A stretch of 64,000 nt of DNA from Parcubacteria group bacterium (GTDB taxonomy: Bacteria; Patescibacteriota; Minisyncoccia; Moranbacterales; UBA11712), in the NCBI GenBank assembly GCA_041659685.1, contig JBAZXV010000001.1, positions 24,226-88,225 on the forward strand. Reading direction: 5' to 3'. Shown here one piece after another: positions 49,575 to 58,139 of this stretch; positions within the stretch are counted from its first letter, which is position 1, and the number at the start of each line of letters is the position of its first letter. The notes under the pieces are model-generated. The model saw only the letters and a program-made list of their open reading frames with translations. It was not told the origin of the DNA and did not search any database. Made by a program: the position numbers and the translations under genes.

Positions 49575-49606
49575 ATACTAGCCGTTTGAAAGATTTCTTG
49601 CAAGAA
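49575..49606 (-). promoter_or_regulatory. Putative iscSU promoter with a palindrome over the -35 element
   Basis: Minus strand TTGCAA-17 bp-TAGTAT with 8 nt to the ATG. Perfect palindrome TTCTTGCAAGAA at 49595-49606. Confidence 0.5.
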
Positions 49607-49675
49607 CGGTTGTTTACCTTTTATGATTTTTGATTTATGATTCAATTTAGGACAAAATAATCTTTATCAACACCA

Positions 49676-50833
49676 ATGAATACTTCATATAGCGCGCTCG
49701 ACACATTTCTGACGTGTCCCAGAAAATATAAGCACCAGGTCATCGACAGAATAAAAACTCCCAAATCCAAGGAACAATTTTTCGGCACGCTCCTCCACAG
49801 CACGCTTAAGGTGGTGCATACGCCCGGGATACTTTCCCCCACCCTTGAGCAGGCTCTCGACTTTTATTCCAAGAATTGGAACGCGGAAGTATTCTCCGAT
49901 GAAACTGAAGAGAGGGCGGCGTTCGCCCAGGGAGTTTCGATGCTGCAGGATTATTATAAGAAAAACGATCCTTCTAAAATCAACATCGTCGATCTGGAGT
50001 CCCGTTTTCAGGTAGAAGTAGGATCCACTGGATCCGGAAAAGAGAAAGAAAGCGAAGTAAAGGAAGAAAAGCACATAATTACCGGCATAATCGACCGGAT
50101 TGACCGAACCGAAGACGGATTCGAAATAATCGACTACAAGACCACCCGCAAATTGCCCAGCCAGGAAAAAGTGGATAATGATCTTCAGCTTTCAATCTAC
50201 CTTGCCGGTTTTTTGAAACGATATCCCAATGAAATCGAAAATCTCGGAAAGATTAAAGTTTCTCTGTATTATCTTAAGCACGGCGTGAAATTGTCCTCGC
50301 AAAGAACCCTTGAGCAGGTGAAAAAGAGCGAGGAACTGGTGCTTGATCTCATCGGACAAATACAGAAATCTGATTTCGAACCGACAATTTCCGGGCTTTG
50401 CGACTGGTGCGGATTCCAGGATATCTGTCCGATGTGGAAACACAAATTCAAAGAGAAGGAACCAATAGATATTGATACCGCAAAAATAATTGAGGAATAC
50501 ATATTTCTTAAGGATGATGTAAAATCGAAATCCGACCGGATCGGAGAATTGCAGGAAACTCTCAGCAGTTATATGGATAAGGAAAAAGTCGACCAGGTTT
50601 TTTCGGACGCCGGAAGGATATTGCGCTCGATACGCAAGACATACAAATATGAAAAGGAAAAATTGCGCTCGATTCTTGAACCGCTCGACAAGTGGGATGA
50701 TGTTCTTAAAGTCGACGGAATTGCGCTAAAGAATATTCTTGGCGTTCTTCCTTATGAAACGAAAAAAGATGTTGAAAAAGCTAAAATTTTGGATAAGGAG
50801 TCGAAAAGTTTTGTAGTGAAAAAGGGGAAGTAA
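49676..50833 (+). CDS. PD-(D/E)XK nuclease, RecB/AddB/Cas4-like, with four-Cys Fe-S motif
   Basis: SYS...CPRKY, GTLLH, E, GIIDRID, IIDYKT, QLSIY and CDWCGFQDIC motifs. Confidence 0.88.
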   Translation: MNTSYSALDTFLTCPRKYKHQVIDRIKTPKSKEQFFGTLLHSTLKVVHTPGILSPTLEQALDFYSKNWNAEVFSDETEERAAFAQGVSMLQDYYKKNDPSKINIVDLESRFQVEVGSTGSGKEKESEVKEEKHIITGIIDRIDRTEDGFEIIDYKTTRKLPSQEKVDNDLQLSIYLAGFLKRYPNEIENLGKIKVSLYYLKHGVKLSSQRTLEQVKKSEELVLDLIGQIQKSDFEPTISGLCDWCGFQDICPMWKHKFKEKEPIDIDTAKIIEEYIFLKDDVKSKSDRIGELQETLSSYMDKEKVDQVFSDAGRILRSIRKTYKYEKEKLRSILEPLDKWDDVLKVDGIALKNILGVLPYETKKDVEKAKILDKESKSFVVKKGK

Positions 50834-50860
50834 TATAATATGTGATCACTCTTTTTTCGT

Positions 50861-51358
50861 ATGTCTTTTTTAAAATCAAAATTTGCCGGATGGATAAAGC
50901 AATTCTTCCTGATTGACGACACTCCGCATAAGATTGCCGGAGGGGCGGCACTCGGCGTTTTTATGGGAATCACTCCAGGTGAAGGCGTCTTGATAACTAT
51001 CTTTTTTTCTTACATTCTTAGACTCAACCGTCTTGCCGCTCTGGCGGGAGTATTGGCTGTGAATATGTGGACCACTCTGATCGCATTGCCGTTTGCCGCT
51101 GCCATAGGCGGATTTATCTTCCGGGTAAATCCTGAAAAACTCTCGAGTGATTTCAAAAGGACATTTTCTTTAGGCTTTCGATATTTTTTCAACTGGAACA
51201 TTCTGCGCGAAACGGCAATCCCGCTGATTATCGGGTATGTTATCGTCGCTGCCGTAGTCGCAGCTGCAGTATATTTTAGCCTGCTGTTCTTTTTGATTAA
51301 GAAAAAGAGAGTGAAAAAAGGAGAGAATATTTTAACAAAAAACAAACTTGAGATATAG
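50861..51358 (+). CDS. DUF2062 family membrane protein
   Basis: DTPHKIAGGAALGVFMGITP...LRLN...N pattern. Confidence 0.75.
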   Translation: MSFLKSKFAGWIKQFFLIDDTPHKIAGGAALGVFMGITPGEGVLITIFFSYILRLNRLAALAGVLAVNMWTTLIALPFAAAIGGFIFRVNPEKLSSDFKRTFSLGFRYFFNWNILRETAIPLIIGYVIVAAVVAAAVYFSLLFFLIKKKRVKKGENILTKNKLEI

Positions 51359-51387
51359 AAATCCTAGCATCAGGATTGGCGCCGGGT

Positions 51388-51894
51388 CTATTTGATGCAG
51401 CATTTGGCTCCCTGGTATCCCCTGCTTTCGGCTTCTTCCTTTGAAGAAAAACAAATTCGGTTTTCGGCCTTGATCTTTTGGGCGAATTGGCAGGTGGAAA
51501 GATGATATTTATTTGAATTTTTACTGGCGACAAACGCGCATTTTTTATTTTCCGAAGTCAGTTTATTCTTGACTTCGCTGGCTGTTTTTGAAACTGATGC
51601 GGTACTATTTTTACCGGATTCTTCCGAAGGATCGTCTTTTGGACAAGGAGCGCAGGCAATTTGGCTGACTTCGACCGTTCCTTTTTGGTTATTTTTTCCT
51701 TTAAGGAAGCCGGCTTCGAACGAAATGCCTGCAATAAGAAGAATACCTATGAAAAGAATAATTTTCTCTCCGTATTTTTGCCAGTGGTTTTTTAATTTTG
51801 TCTTTGCAGGCTGTTTTTCGCTCTCAATACTGGCTTTGTATAAGCCTTTTTCTTCGTCAAGGACTTCAACTTCGAAGCTGTCTGAGGTTGACAT
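51388..51894 (-). CDS. Membrane-anchored protein with C-terminal Ada-like metal-binding domain
   Basis: A single TM, then FVASKNSNKYH...C...I...N...F.S.EEA...GY...C. Confidence 0.7.
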   Translation of the reverse strand: MSTSDSFEVEVLDEEKGLYKASIESEKQPAKTKLKNHWQKYGEKIILFIGILLIAGISFEAGFLKGKNNQKGTVEVSQIACAPCPKDDPSEESGKNSTASVSKTASEVKNKLTSENKKCAFVASKNSNKYHLSTCQFAQKIKAENRICFSSKEEAESRGYQGAKCCIK

Positions 51895-51916
51895 TGGCAG
51901 CGCTATGAGATAAAAT
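51888..51916 (+). promoter_or_regulatory. Sigma70 promoter for rpmA
   Basis: TTGACA-17 bp-TAAAAT. Confidence 0.65.
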
Positions 51917-51961
51917 CTTATAGTGATTAAGAATTAGCTACTAAAATTTCACTTTTTCATT

Positions 51962-52234
51962 ATGGCACATAGAAAAGCAGGCGGTTCCACTCAACTCGGC
52001 CGGGATTCTATTTCGAAAAGACTCGGCGTGAAGAAATTCGGTGGAGAAAAGGTTCAGGTTGGCAATATCATTATCCGTCAGCGAGGAACAAAATTCAGGC
52101 CCGGAAGGAATGTTCAGCGCGGATCAGACGATACTCTTTTTGCGCTGGCTGCCGGTGTTGTCAAATTTTCAGCTAAAAAAGTCAAAAAATTTACAGGCAA
52201 ACTGGCGAGAGTGAAGTTTGTGAGTGTTGAATAA
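51962..52234 (+). CDS. rpmA: 50S ribosomal protein L27
   Basis: [21 protein letters not shown]...[11 protein letters not shown]. Confidence 0.98.
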   Translation: MAHRKAGGSTQLGRDSISKRLGVKKFGGEKVQVGNIIIRQRGTKFRPGRNVQRGSDDTLFALAAGVVKFSAKKVKKFTGKLARVKFVSVE

Positions 52235-52256
52235 CAGCCCGCCTGCATCACTTTTT

Positions 52257-52289
52257 CAAAAAATAGAAGCATAAAGCTTCTATTTTTTG
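52257..52289. terminator. Bidirectional terminator between convergent rpmA and pyrG
   Basis: CAAAAAATAGAAGC-ATAAA-GCTTCTATTTTTTG, a perfect 14-bp inverted repeat overlapping the pyrG stop. Confidence 0.7.
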
Positions 52290-53914
52290 TTTATTGCAGA
52301 TTTTACGAAACGGCAAAAAAGAGGATGAGGTTTCAGGGGAGAGGATTTGAATTCTGGGTGAAATTGCGTGCCCAGGAAGAAGGGGTGTTGGTCTTTCGGG
52401 AGTTCTGCAATTTCCATAAGGCGTCCGTTCGGGGACACTCCCGAAAAAACTAATCCTTTTTCTTCGATTCTTTCGATATACTCCGGATTAACTTCCCATC
52501 GATGGCGATGTCTTTCTGATACGGAAACATTTTTATATGCTTCGTAGGCAATGGTGCTTTTCTTTATTTTTGCGGGATATGCGCCAAGTCTCATAGAGGC
52601 GCCGTAATTTTTGTCGGCCAAATTCTTTTTTTGCTCGGGCATGATGTCGATTACCGGAAACTTTGTTTCCCGGTTTATTTCGGTCGTGTTCGCTCCCTTG
52701 AGGCCCAAAATATTGCGCGCAAATTCAATCACGAGCAGCTGCATTCCATAGCAAAGTCCAAAATACGGGATTTTATTTTTTCGGCAAAATTCGATTGCTT
52801 TTAGTTTTCCTTCTACTCCCCTTTCTCCGAATCCGCCCGGCACAATAATTCCCGAATATTTCTTTAGCTCCTGAACCTTTTTTGGATCCTTTTCATATTC
52901 TTCGGCGTTGAGCCAGTCGATTTCAGGTTTTCGTTTGAAGGAATAGCAGGCGTGTTTTATGGCTTCGATAACGGAAATATATGCATCGGAAAGGACAAAA
53001 TCGCCTGTGCCGAAATATTTTCCCACAATACCGATTTTCAGAGTTTTTTGGGAATCTTTGATGTTTTGCGCCATGGCTTTCCATTTCACGAGGTCCTTTT
53101 TTTTCGGCTTCAGGCTGAGTTTTTTCAGGATAATTTGGCTAATATGGTCTTTTTCGAAATTAAGAGGGACTTCATAAACTGAATCAATATCCGGCGCGCT
53201 GATGACATCTTCCTCGCTGAGATTGCAGTGATCGGCCAGTTTCTCTTTTCGTTTTTTATCAAGTCTTATCTCTGACCGGGCGATAATCATATCCGGCTGG
53301 ATGCCGGCGGCATTCAGGGACCTGACCGCGTATTGGGTCGGCTTTGTTTTCATTTCCCCGATCATCGGCGGTACGGGAAGATAGCTTACTAATACAAAAA
53401 TAACATCGCCGCGATTTTGAAGCCGAAGCATCCTGCCGGCTTCAAGAAAAAGAAGGCCTTGGTATTCTCCGAGCGTGCCGCCTATCTCAATCAGCATGAT
53501 TTCGGCATTGGAATCCTGCCGGGCTTTTTGTATTCGGTGAATAATCTCTTTAGGAACATCCGGAACAACATCGACGCATCGTCCGCCGTAACCCATGGAG
53601 CGCTCCCGGTCTATTATGGATTTATATACCATGCCATTGGTAAGGTAATTGGCGCTTGGCAAGGTTATATTCATAAATCGCTCGTAGTGTCCCATGTCCT
53701 GATCGGTTTCCAATCCGCTGTCCAGAACAAAAACCTCTCCGTGTTCGGTCGGATTCATTGTTCCTGCGTCGACATTAAGGTACATATCCGTTTTCATTGC
53801 CGTAACCCTGAATCCTTTCGATTGTAAAATATTTCCAATCGAAGCGGTTGTTATGCCTTTTCCGACTCCGCTCATTACTCCTCCGACGACAAAAATGTAT
53901 TTTGGCTTTTGCAT
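52280..53914 (-). CDS. pyrG: CTP synthase
   Basis: GGVMSGVGKG, NVDAGTMNPTEHGEVFV, KTKPTQ, PGGFG, GLCYGMQ, RHRHR and QFHPE motifs. Confidence 0.97.
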   Translation of the reverse strand: MQKPKYIFVVGGVMSGVGKGITTASIGNILQSKGFRVTAMKTDMYLNVDAGTMNPTEHGEVFVLDSGLETDQDMGHYERFMNITLPSANYLTNGMVYKSIIDRERSMGYGGRCVDVVPDVPKEIIHRIQKARQDSNAEIMLIEIGGTLGEYQGLLFLEAGRMLRLQNRGDVIFVLVSYLPVPPMIGEMKTKPTQYAVRSLNAAGIQPDMIIARSEIRLDKKRKEKLADHCNLSEEDVISAPDIDSVYEVPLNFEKDHISQIILKKLSLKPKKKDLVKWKAMAQNIKDSQKTLKIGIVGKYFGTGDFVLSDAYISVIEAIKHACYSFKRKPEIDWLNAEEYEKDPKKVQELKKYSGIIVPGGFGERGVEGKLKAIEFCRKNKIPYFGLCYGMQLLVIEFARNILGLKGANTTEINRETKFPVIDIMPEQKKNLADKNYGASMRLGAYPAKIKKSTIAYEAYKNVSVSERHRHRWEVNPEYIERIEEKGLVFSGVSPNGRLMEIAELPKDQHPFFLGTQFHPEFKSSPLKPHPLFCRFVKSAINKK

Positions 53915-54013
53915 CCTTTTAAACAATTAAGAATTATAAAATATTTTTTAAGAAAATTATTTTTCCATCCAATTATGCGAAGCAGGCAGCTGCAGAAAAT
54001 TTCCTCTTCACTG

Positions 54014-54037
54014 AAAAAGGGGCTCCGAAAGAACCCC
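54014..54037 (-). terminator. Intrinsic terminator after rplI
   Basis: Minus strand GGGGTTC-TTTCG-GAGCCCC-TTTTT. Confidence 0.7.
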
Positions 54038-54069
54038 CGGCGAAAAGTTATTAAGGATTGGAAATGTAA

Positions 54070-54516
54070 TTATATTTCTTCGCTGACTAAAATTATTCGC
54101 AAATTTGCTTCCAGTCCATGCTCCAGGCCTACGGAAACATCATATTCCCCAACTTCCTTGACCGGATCGGAGAGTTTTATGCTCGACGGATCGATCTTTA
54201 TCCCTTCTTCCTTCAATGTTTTGGCAATGGTTTTCTCATTTACGGAACCAAAGAGTTTTCCATTTTTCTCTTTAACTTTAATATAAACTTCTCTTCCTTC
54301 AAGCAATTCGGCTAATTTTTGAGCTTCCTCAAGTTCCATTCGGGCGCTTTCGGCTATTTTCACTTTTTCGGATTCAACTCTTTTTACGGACTCTTCGGTG
54401 GCAGCTTCGGCCAGTTTTTTTGGAATCAAAAAATTTCGAGCATATCCGTTGCTCACCTCTCTTACTTCGCCCTCCTTGCCTAGATCGGCCACATTTTGTA
54501 ATAAAATTACTTTCAT
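54070..54516 (-). CDS. rplI: 50S ribosomal protein L9
   Basis: MKVILL..V..LG..G....V..GYARNFLIP and KLFGSV motifs. Confidence 0.97.
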   Translation of the reverse strand: MKVILLQNVADLGKEGEVREVSNGYARNFLIPKKLAEAATEESVKRVESEKVKIAESARMELEEAQKLAELLEGREVYIKVKEKNGKLFGSVNEKTIAKTLKEEGIKIDPSSIKLSDPVKEVGEYDVSVGLEHGLEANLRIILVSEEI

Positions 54517-54588
54517 CGTTTTGGTTCTTTCTTGTTATTATACTTCAAAATTTAAATGTGGCAAATACCCTCCTATTTTTTTCGGTCG

Positions 54589-55902
54589 CTATCGCTTCTC
54601 CATTTTTTCCTTCAGCACCTCGGTTGCTTTGTCCATCTGGGGATCGCGGTCATTATTGTAATCTTCTTCGCTAAGATCGATATCGATGTTCGGGTCGATT
54701 CCTTTCTCCATTATATAATCTCCGTTCGGAGTTAGCCAGCGGGCAATCGTGACTCTAAGGGTTGATCCTCCGGAAAGTTTTTCCAGCTGTTGGACAGAAC
54801 CTTTTCCAAAGGTCTTTTTTCCGATGAGAGGCGCGTCCAGCTCGTCTCGCAGGGCTCCGGCGGTAATTTCAGAGGCGCTGGCGCTCCCGCTGTTTACCAG
54901 AACCACAACGGGGATTCCTTCAAGAATACTGCCTCCCCTGGCCGGGTAATCATCTTTATCGCCGTCTCGATTTTCTTCGGATACGACCAATTTTCCTTCG
55001 GGAATGAATTTTGAGGATATATCGATGGCTGATTCAAGGTAGCCCCCCGGATTGTTTCTGAGATCCAGGATTATTCCTTTACTGCCGGCAGATAATATTT
55101 GGTTTGCGGCTTTATTCATCTCTGATGTCGTGTCATCGCCAAACTTAGTGATTTTGACAACCGCGATTCCGTTTTCTTTAAATTCAAGTTTTACGCTTTT
55201 CACATTGATTGTGCCGCGCGTTATCTTGATTTCTTTTGGGTTATTGTCCTTTTCTCTCAATATCGTAATGGAAACCTCGGTTCCTTTTGGTCCGCGAATT
55301 TTTGTTACTGCTTCATCCACCGACATATCTGATGTCAAGGTGTCTCCTATTTTGATAATTTTGTCACCGGCGCGCAATCCTGCCTCCGCCGCCGGGGTTC
55401 CTTCGAGGGGAGAAATAACGGTCAATATATCATTTTTCATGCCGATTTCAATTCCAATTCCATCGAAAGTGCCCTGCATGTCGTCTGAAAATTGCTGGCT
55501 TTCCTCCGGATTCATAAAGCTTGAAAATGGATCACCAAGGGACTTTATCATTCCGGAAATCGCCCCATACATCATTTTTGTCTGGTCAACTTTGCTTTTA
55601 TCGACATATTTTTCGTTTATCGTATTCCAGGCTTCCCAAAAAAGGCTGGCATCAACATTTTGAGGCTGTTCACTGCTGTGGCTGTTAGCCAAAATATTTT
55701 CGAGGATTTTTCTGTTCGAATTTTTCGAAGATTTATATTGTGAATAGGAAAAACCGCCATAGAAGCTGACGCAGATTAGTATGATGACAATAAAAATTTT
55801 AAAATGCTTGCGAAAGGCCGGCTCTTTTTCGGTTATTTCCCTGTTTTGGGTAAAAATCTGAGTCTCGTTTTTTTCGCCGGCGGGGATATTGCTTTTCTCC
55901 AT
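54589..55902 (-). CDS. S41 carboxy-terminal processing protease (CtpA-like) with PDZ domain
   Basis: LGDPFS, GIGIEI, DLRNNPGG, SASASEI and TFGKGSVQ motifs; N-terminal TM. Confidence 0.93.
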   Translation of the reverse strand: MEKSNIPAGEKNETQIFTQNREITEKEPAFRKHFKIFIVIILICVSFYGGFSYSQYKSSKNSNRKILENILANSHSSEQPQNVDASLFWEAWNTINEKYVDKSKVDQTKMMYGAISGMIKSLGDPFSSFMNPEESQQFSDDMQGTFDGIGIEIGMKNDILTVISPLEGTPAAEAGLRAGDKIIKIGDTLTSDMSVDEAVTKIRGPKGTEVSITILREKDNNPKEIKITRGTINVKSVKLEFKENGIAVVKITKFGDDTTSEMNKAANQILSAGSKGIILDLRNNPGGYLESAIDISSKFIPEGKLVVSEENRDGDKDDYPARGGSILEGIPVVVLVNSGSASASEITAGALRDELDAPLIGKKTFGKGSVQQLEKLSGGSTLRVTIARWLTPNGDYIMEKGIDPNIDIDLSEEDYNNDRDPQMDKATEVLKEKMEKR

Positions 55903-55922
55903 GCGGATTGATTATTATCAAT

Positions 55923-56756
55923 TTAACGCTTATTAATTTTTTCACGATGAGGGTTTGTTTTTCTGCAATACTTCCAAAAATATTTTATGGCGCTCTTAAT
56001 ATGCTCCCTTGTCAGCCGATTCAGGAGAACGGCTTTAAACGCGCCTCTGCCCACCGAACCCTTTCCGTGATAATGAAACATTTTAACGCCCGGGAAATAA
56101 ACGATCCTATGATTTCTTTCCCAAAATCTTCGGCACCAGTCCACATCCTCAAAATACATAAATCCGAAATTTTCTTCCATTGGACCGACTTCGTCAATAA
56201 CTTTTCGCGGCGCCATTATCGCCGATCCCATTATCCAGTCGACTTCTTGCGGTTTCTCTAAATCCTTATCCTTATACAAAAAATTGTCTATCCTTTTTCT
56301 CGCAAATCCGAATTTTCCAAGGGATGTTCGCCGATATAATATGATAAATGGAGAGTAAAAACGGAAGCAGGATGGTTGCGTTTTTCCGTCAAAGTTTAGC
56401 AGTTTCGGACCGATAATGCCAATCGACGGATCTTTTTTCAGCTGTTCGAGCAGAATGTCAGCGGACCTTTTTTCGATTATGATATCCGAATTTAATATCA
56501 GGACGTATCTTCCTTTTGCATTCTTAAGTCCTCTGTTGACGAGCTTGGCAAATCCCAGATTGTTCTTATGCGAAAAAAATATAATCTCGGAAAATTCCTC
56601 TCTCATCATCATTTCCGTATCCTCCTCCGTGGAGCTGTCGAGAACCATAATTTCGCAGTTCTCGTTCAGCACGTTCTTTTTGAGTGACTCCAGACAAAGC
56701 CGAAGAACCGATGGATTTTTATAACTCGTCACAATAATGGACAGGTCCGTATTCAT
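55923..56756 (-). CDS. Glycosyltransferase family 2 (WbbL-like)
   Basis: NLGFAK..N.G, LNSDI, VDWIMGS and FMYFEDVDWCRR motifs. Confidence 0.87.
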   Translation of the reverse strand: MNTDLSIIVTSYKNPSVLRLCLESLKKNVLNENCEIMVLDSSTEEDTEMMMREEFSEIIFFSHKNNLGFAKLVNRGLKNAKGRYVLILNSDIIIEKRSADILLEQLKKDPSIGIIGPKLLNFDGKTQPSCFRFYSPFIILYRRTSLGKFGFARKRIDNFLYKDKDLEKPQEVDWIMGSAIMAPRKVIDEVGPMEENFGFMYFEDVDWCRRFWERNHRIVYFPGVKMFHYHGKGSVGRGAFKAVLLNRLTREHIKSAIKYFWKYCRKTNPHREKINKR

Positions 56757-56789
56757 TTTTCGTTTCTGATGCTAAATTTGTTAACCGCT

Positions 56790-57848
56790 TTATTGAAATA
56801 CATTCTTTATGGCCTCATGTATTTTGTCGTAGTTCCCTCCGACGGGAAGCAGGATATATGTTTTCCCTTCGGGAGTGTCGGCTTTTGAAGAATAAAGGAG
56901 CCCTTCTTCCGATGTGTCAAAAACCTTTTGTTTTATTTGAGGGTCATGCATTTGGCTGGCGAGATCAAAAGCCTTTTTCATTTCGGAAATATCCATATCA
57001 GCTCGCACATCATCGCCGAGGATGTTCATGACGCTGCTTGCTTTGTTGAAATCAGCCAGTGTTCCCAGACTGAGCAGTTTGTCTTTCAGGGCGATAAGAA
57101 CCTGCTGCTGTCTTTTTGCTCTCTCAAAATCAGATGATGCATATCTGGCCCGGACGAAAAAAAGCGCTTTCTGGCCGTCGAGATGATTTTTTCCGGCAGG
57201 AAGGGAGAAATTTAGCGCATCTTCGCCTTCGAATTGGGTCGGCTCGGAAAAAGGCTTTTCGATATAAATGTCAACGCCTCCAACCGTATCGACGAGTTCC
57301 TTAAAGCCCTTGAAGTCGATTCTGACCACATAGTGGATTGGAAGCCCTGTGACTTCACTGATAACTTGCTTCATCATCTCCATTCCGTCACCTTCTCCTT
57401 TTTCCTCATATAAGGCATGAACAGCGTTGATTTTGCTGTGATTCGTTGTTCCCGGATCCTGAACATACAGGTCGCGAGGAATCGAAATCAGGGCTACTTT
57501 GTTTTCCTGAGGCCTTACGGACGCCACCATTATCGTGTCAGCCAAAAGTCCTCCTCCGGGCATATCGTTTCCCCGCATGCCAAGAAGAAGGATATTTATC
57601 TGTCCCTCTTTTTGTCCCTGGAGCTGATCGGCTCCAATGCCGGGAATTGACTTCCAGAGGCTTTTCATGAAACCGTCCTTCGTGGATATTTTACTCAGTG
57701 TTGTGCCGGCCCTGAACATTGCATATCCTCCAGTGGCAACCAAGAGGAGGATTATCACCAGCAGTATCTTGAACCATCTTTTTTTGTAAGATTTTTTCTT
57801 TTTTGGCTCATAAGCCTCCCGACTGTTTCGCCTTGAAAAAAACCCCAT
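56790..57848 (-). CDS. LCP (LytR-CpsA-Psr) family glycopolymer transferase
   Basis: N-terminal TM, NILLLG, DTIMV, SIPRDL, KIN, VDTVGGV, R.R...SDF.R..RQQ. Start at ATG 57848, downstream of the promoter. Confidence 0.92.
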   Translation of the reverse strand: MGFFSRRNSREAYEPKKKKSYKKRWFKILLVIILLLVATGGYAMFRAGTTLSKISTKDGFMKSLWKSIPGIGADQLQGQKEGQINILLLGMRGNDMPGGGLLADTIMVASVRPQENKVALISIPRDLYVQDPGTTNHSKINAVHALYEEKGEGDGMEMMKQVISEVTGLPIHYVVRIDFKGFKELVDTVGGVDIYIEKPFSEPTQFEGEDALNFSLPAGKNHLDGQKALFFVRARYASSDFERAKRQQQVLIALKDKLLSLGTLADFNKASSVMNILGDDVRADMDISEMKKAFDLASQMHDPQIKQKVFDTSEEGLLYSSKADTPEGKTYILLPVGGNYDKIHEAIKNVFQ

Positions 57849-57904
57849 ATTTTTAAGATTATGCTTCAAAATAAAAAACAAACAGCCTCGCGGCATCTTT
57901 TGTG

Positions 57905-57933
57905 AGTATATTATAAATCTTCCGAAATGGCAA
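57905..57933 (-). promoter_or_regulatory. Sigma70 promoter for the lcp gene
   Basis: Minus strand TTGCCA-17 bp-TATACT. Confidence 0.65.
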
Positions 57934-57954
57934 TGCAAATAATAGTTTTTTAAA

Positions 57955-57984
57955 TTGAAAGACGGCAATCCGAAAATTGCCGTC
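57955..57984 (-). terminator. Intrinsic terminator closing the giant-sigma unit
   Basis: Minus strand GACGGCAATT-TTCG-GATTGCCGTC followed by TTTCAA. Confidence 0.7.
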
Positions 57985-58139
57985 AGTTTAAGAAAATATC
58001 GTTAATTTTTCGGCACCCGCCTGAATATTCATTGGGTGCTGAAGACTATCTCTCCGCGTTCCTCCGCAACTTGCAGAGAGGTTTCCCCTTTGATCTTTGA
58101 GTAAGACAGAAAACAAAACGAACTCATTAATTCAATTCG

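Noticed and set aside
49676-50833. Cas4/CRISPR interpretation of the nuclease
   Set aside because: No repeat-spacer array or other cas genes appear in the window.
57849-57968. N-terminal extension of the LCP ORF
   Set aside because: It covers the promoter and runs into the terminator; ATG 57848 fits better.
58000-58095. Resemblance to c-di-GMP-I or glycine riboswitch fragments (GGGAAACC...AACGC...GCCGAA; GGAGAGA...TCAGG)
   Set aside because: Key conserved nucleotides and stem spacing do not match, so it is kept only as an unassigned structured region.
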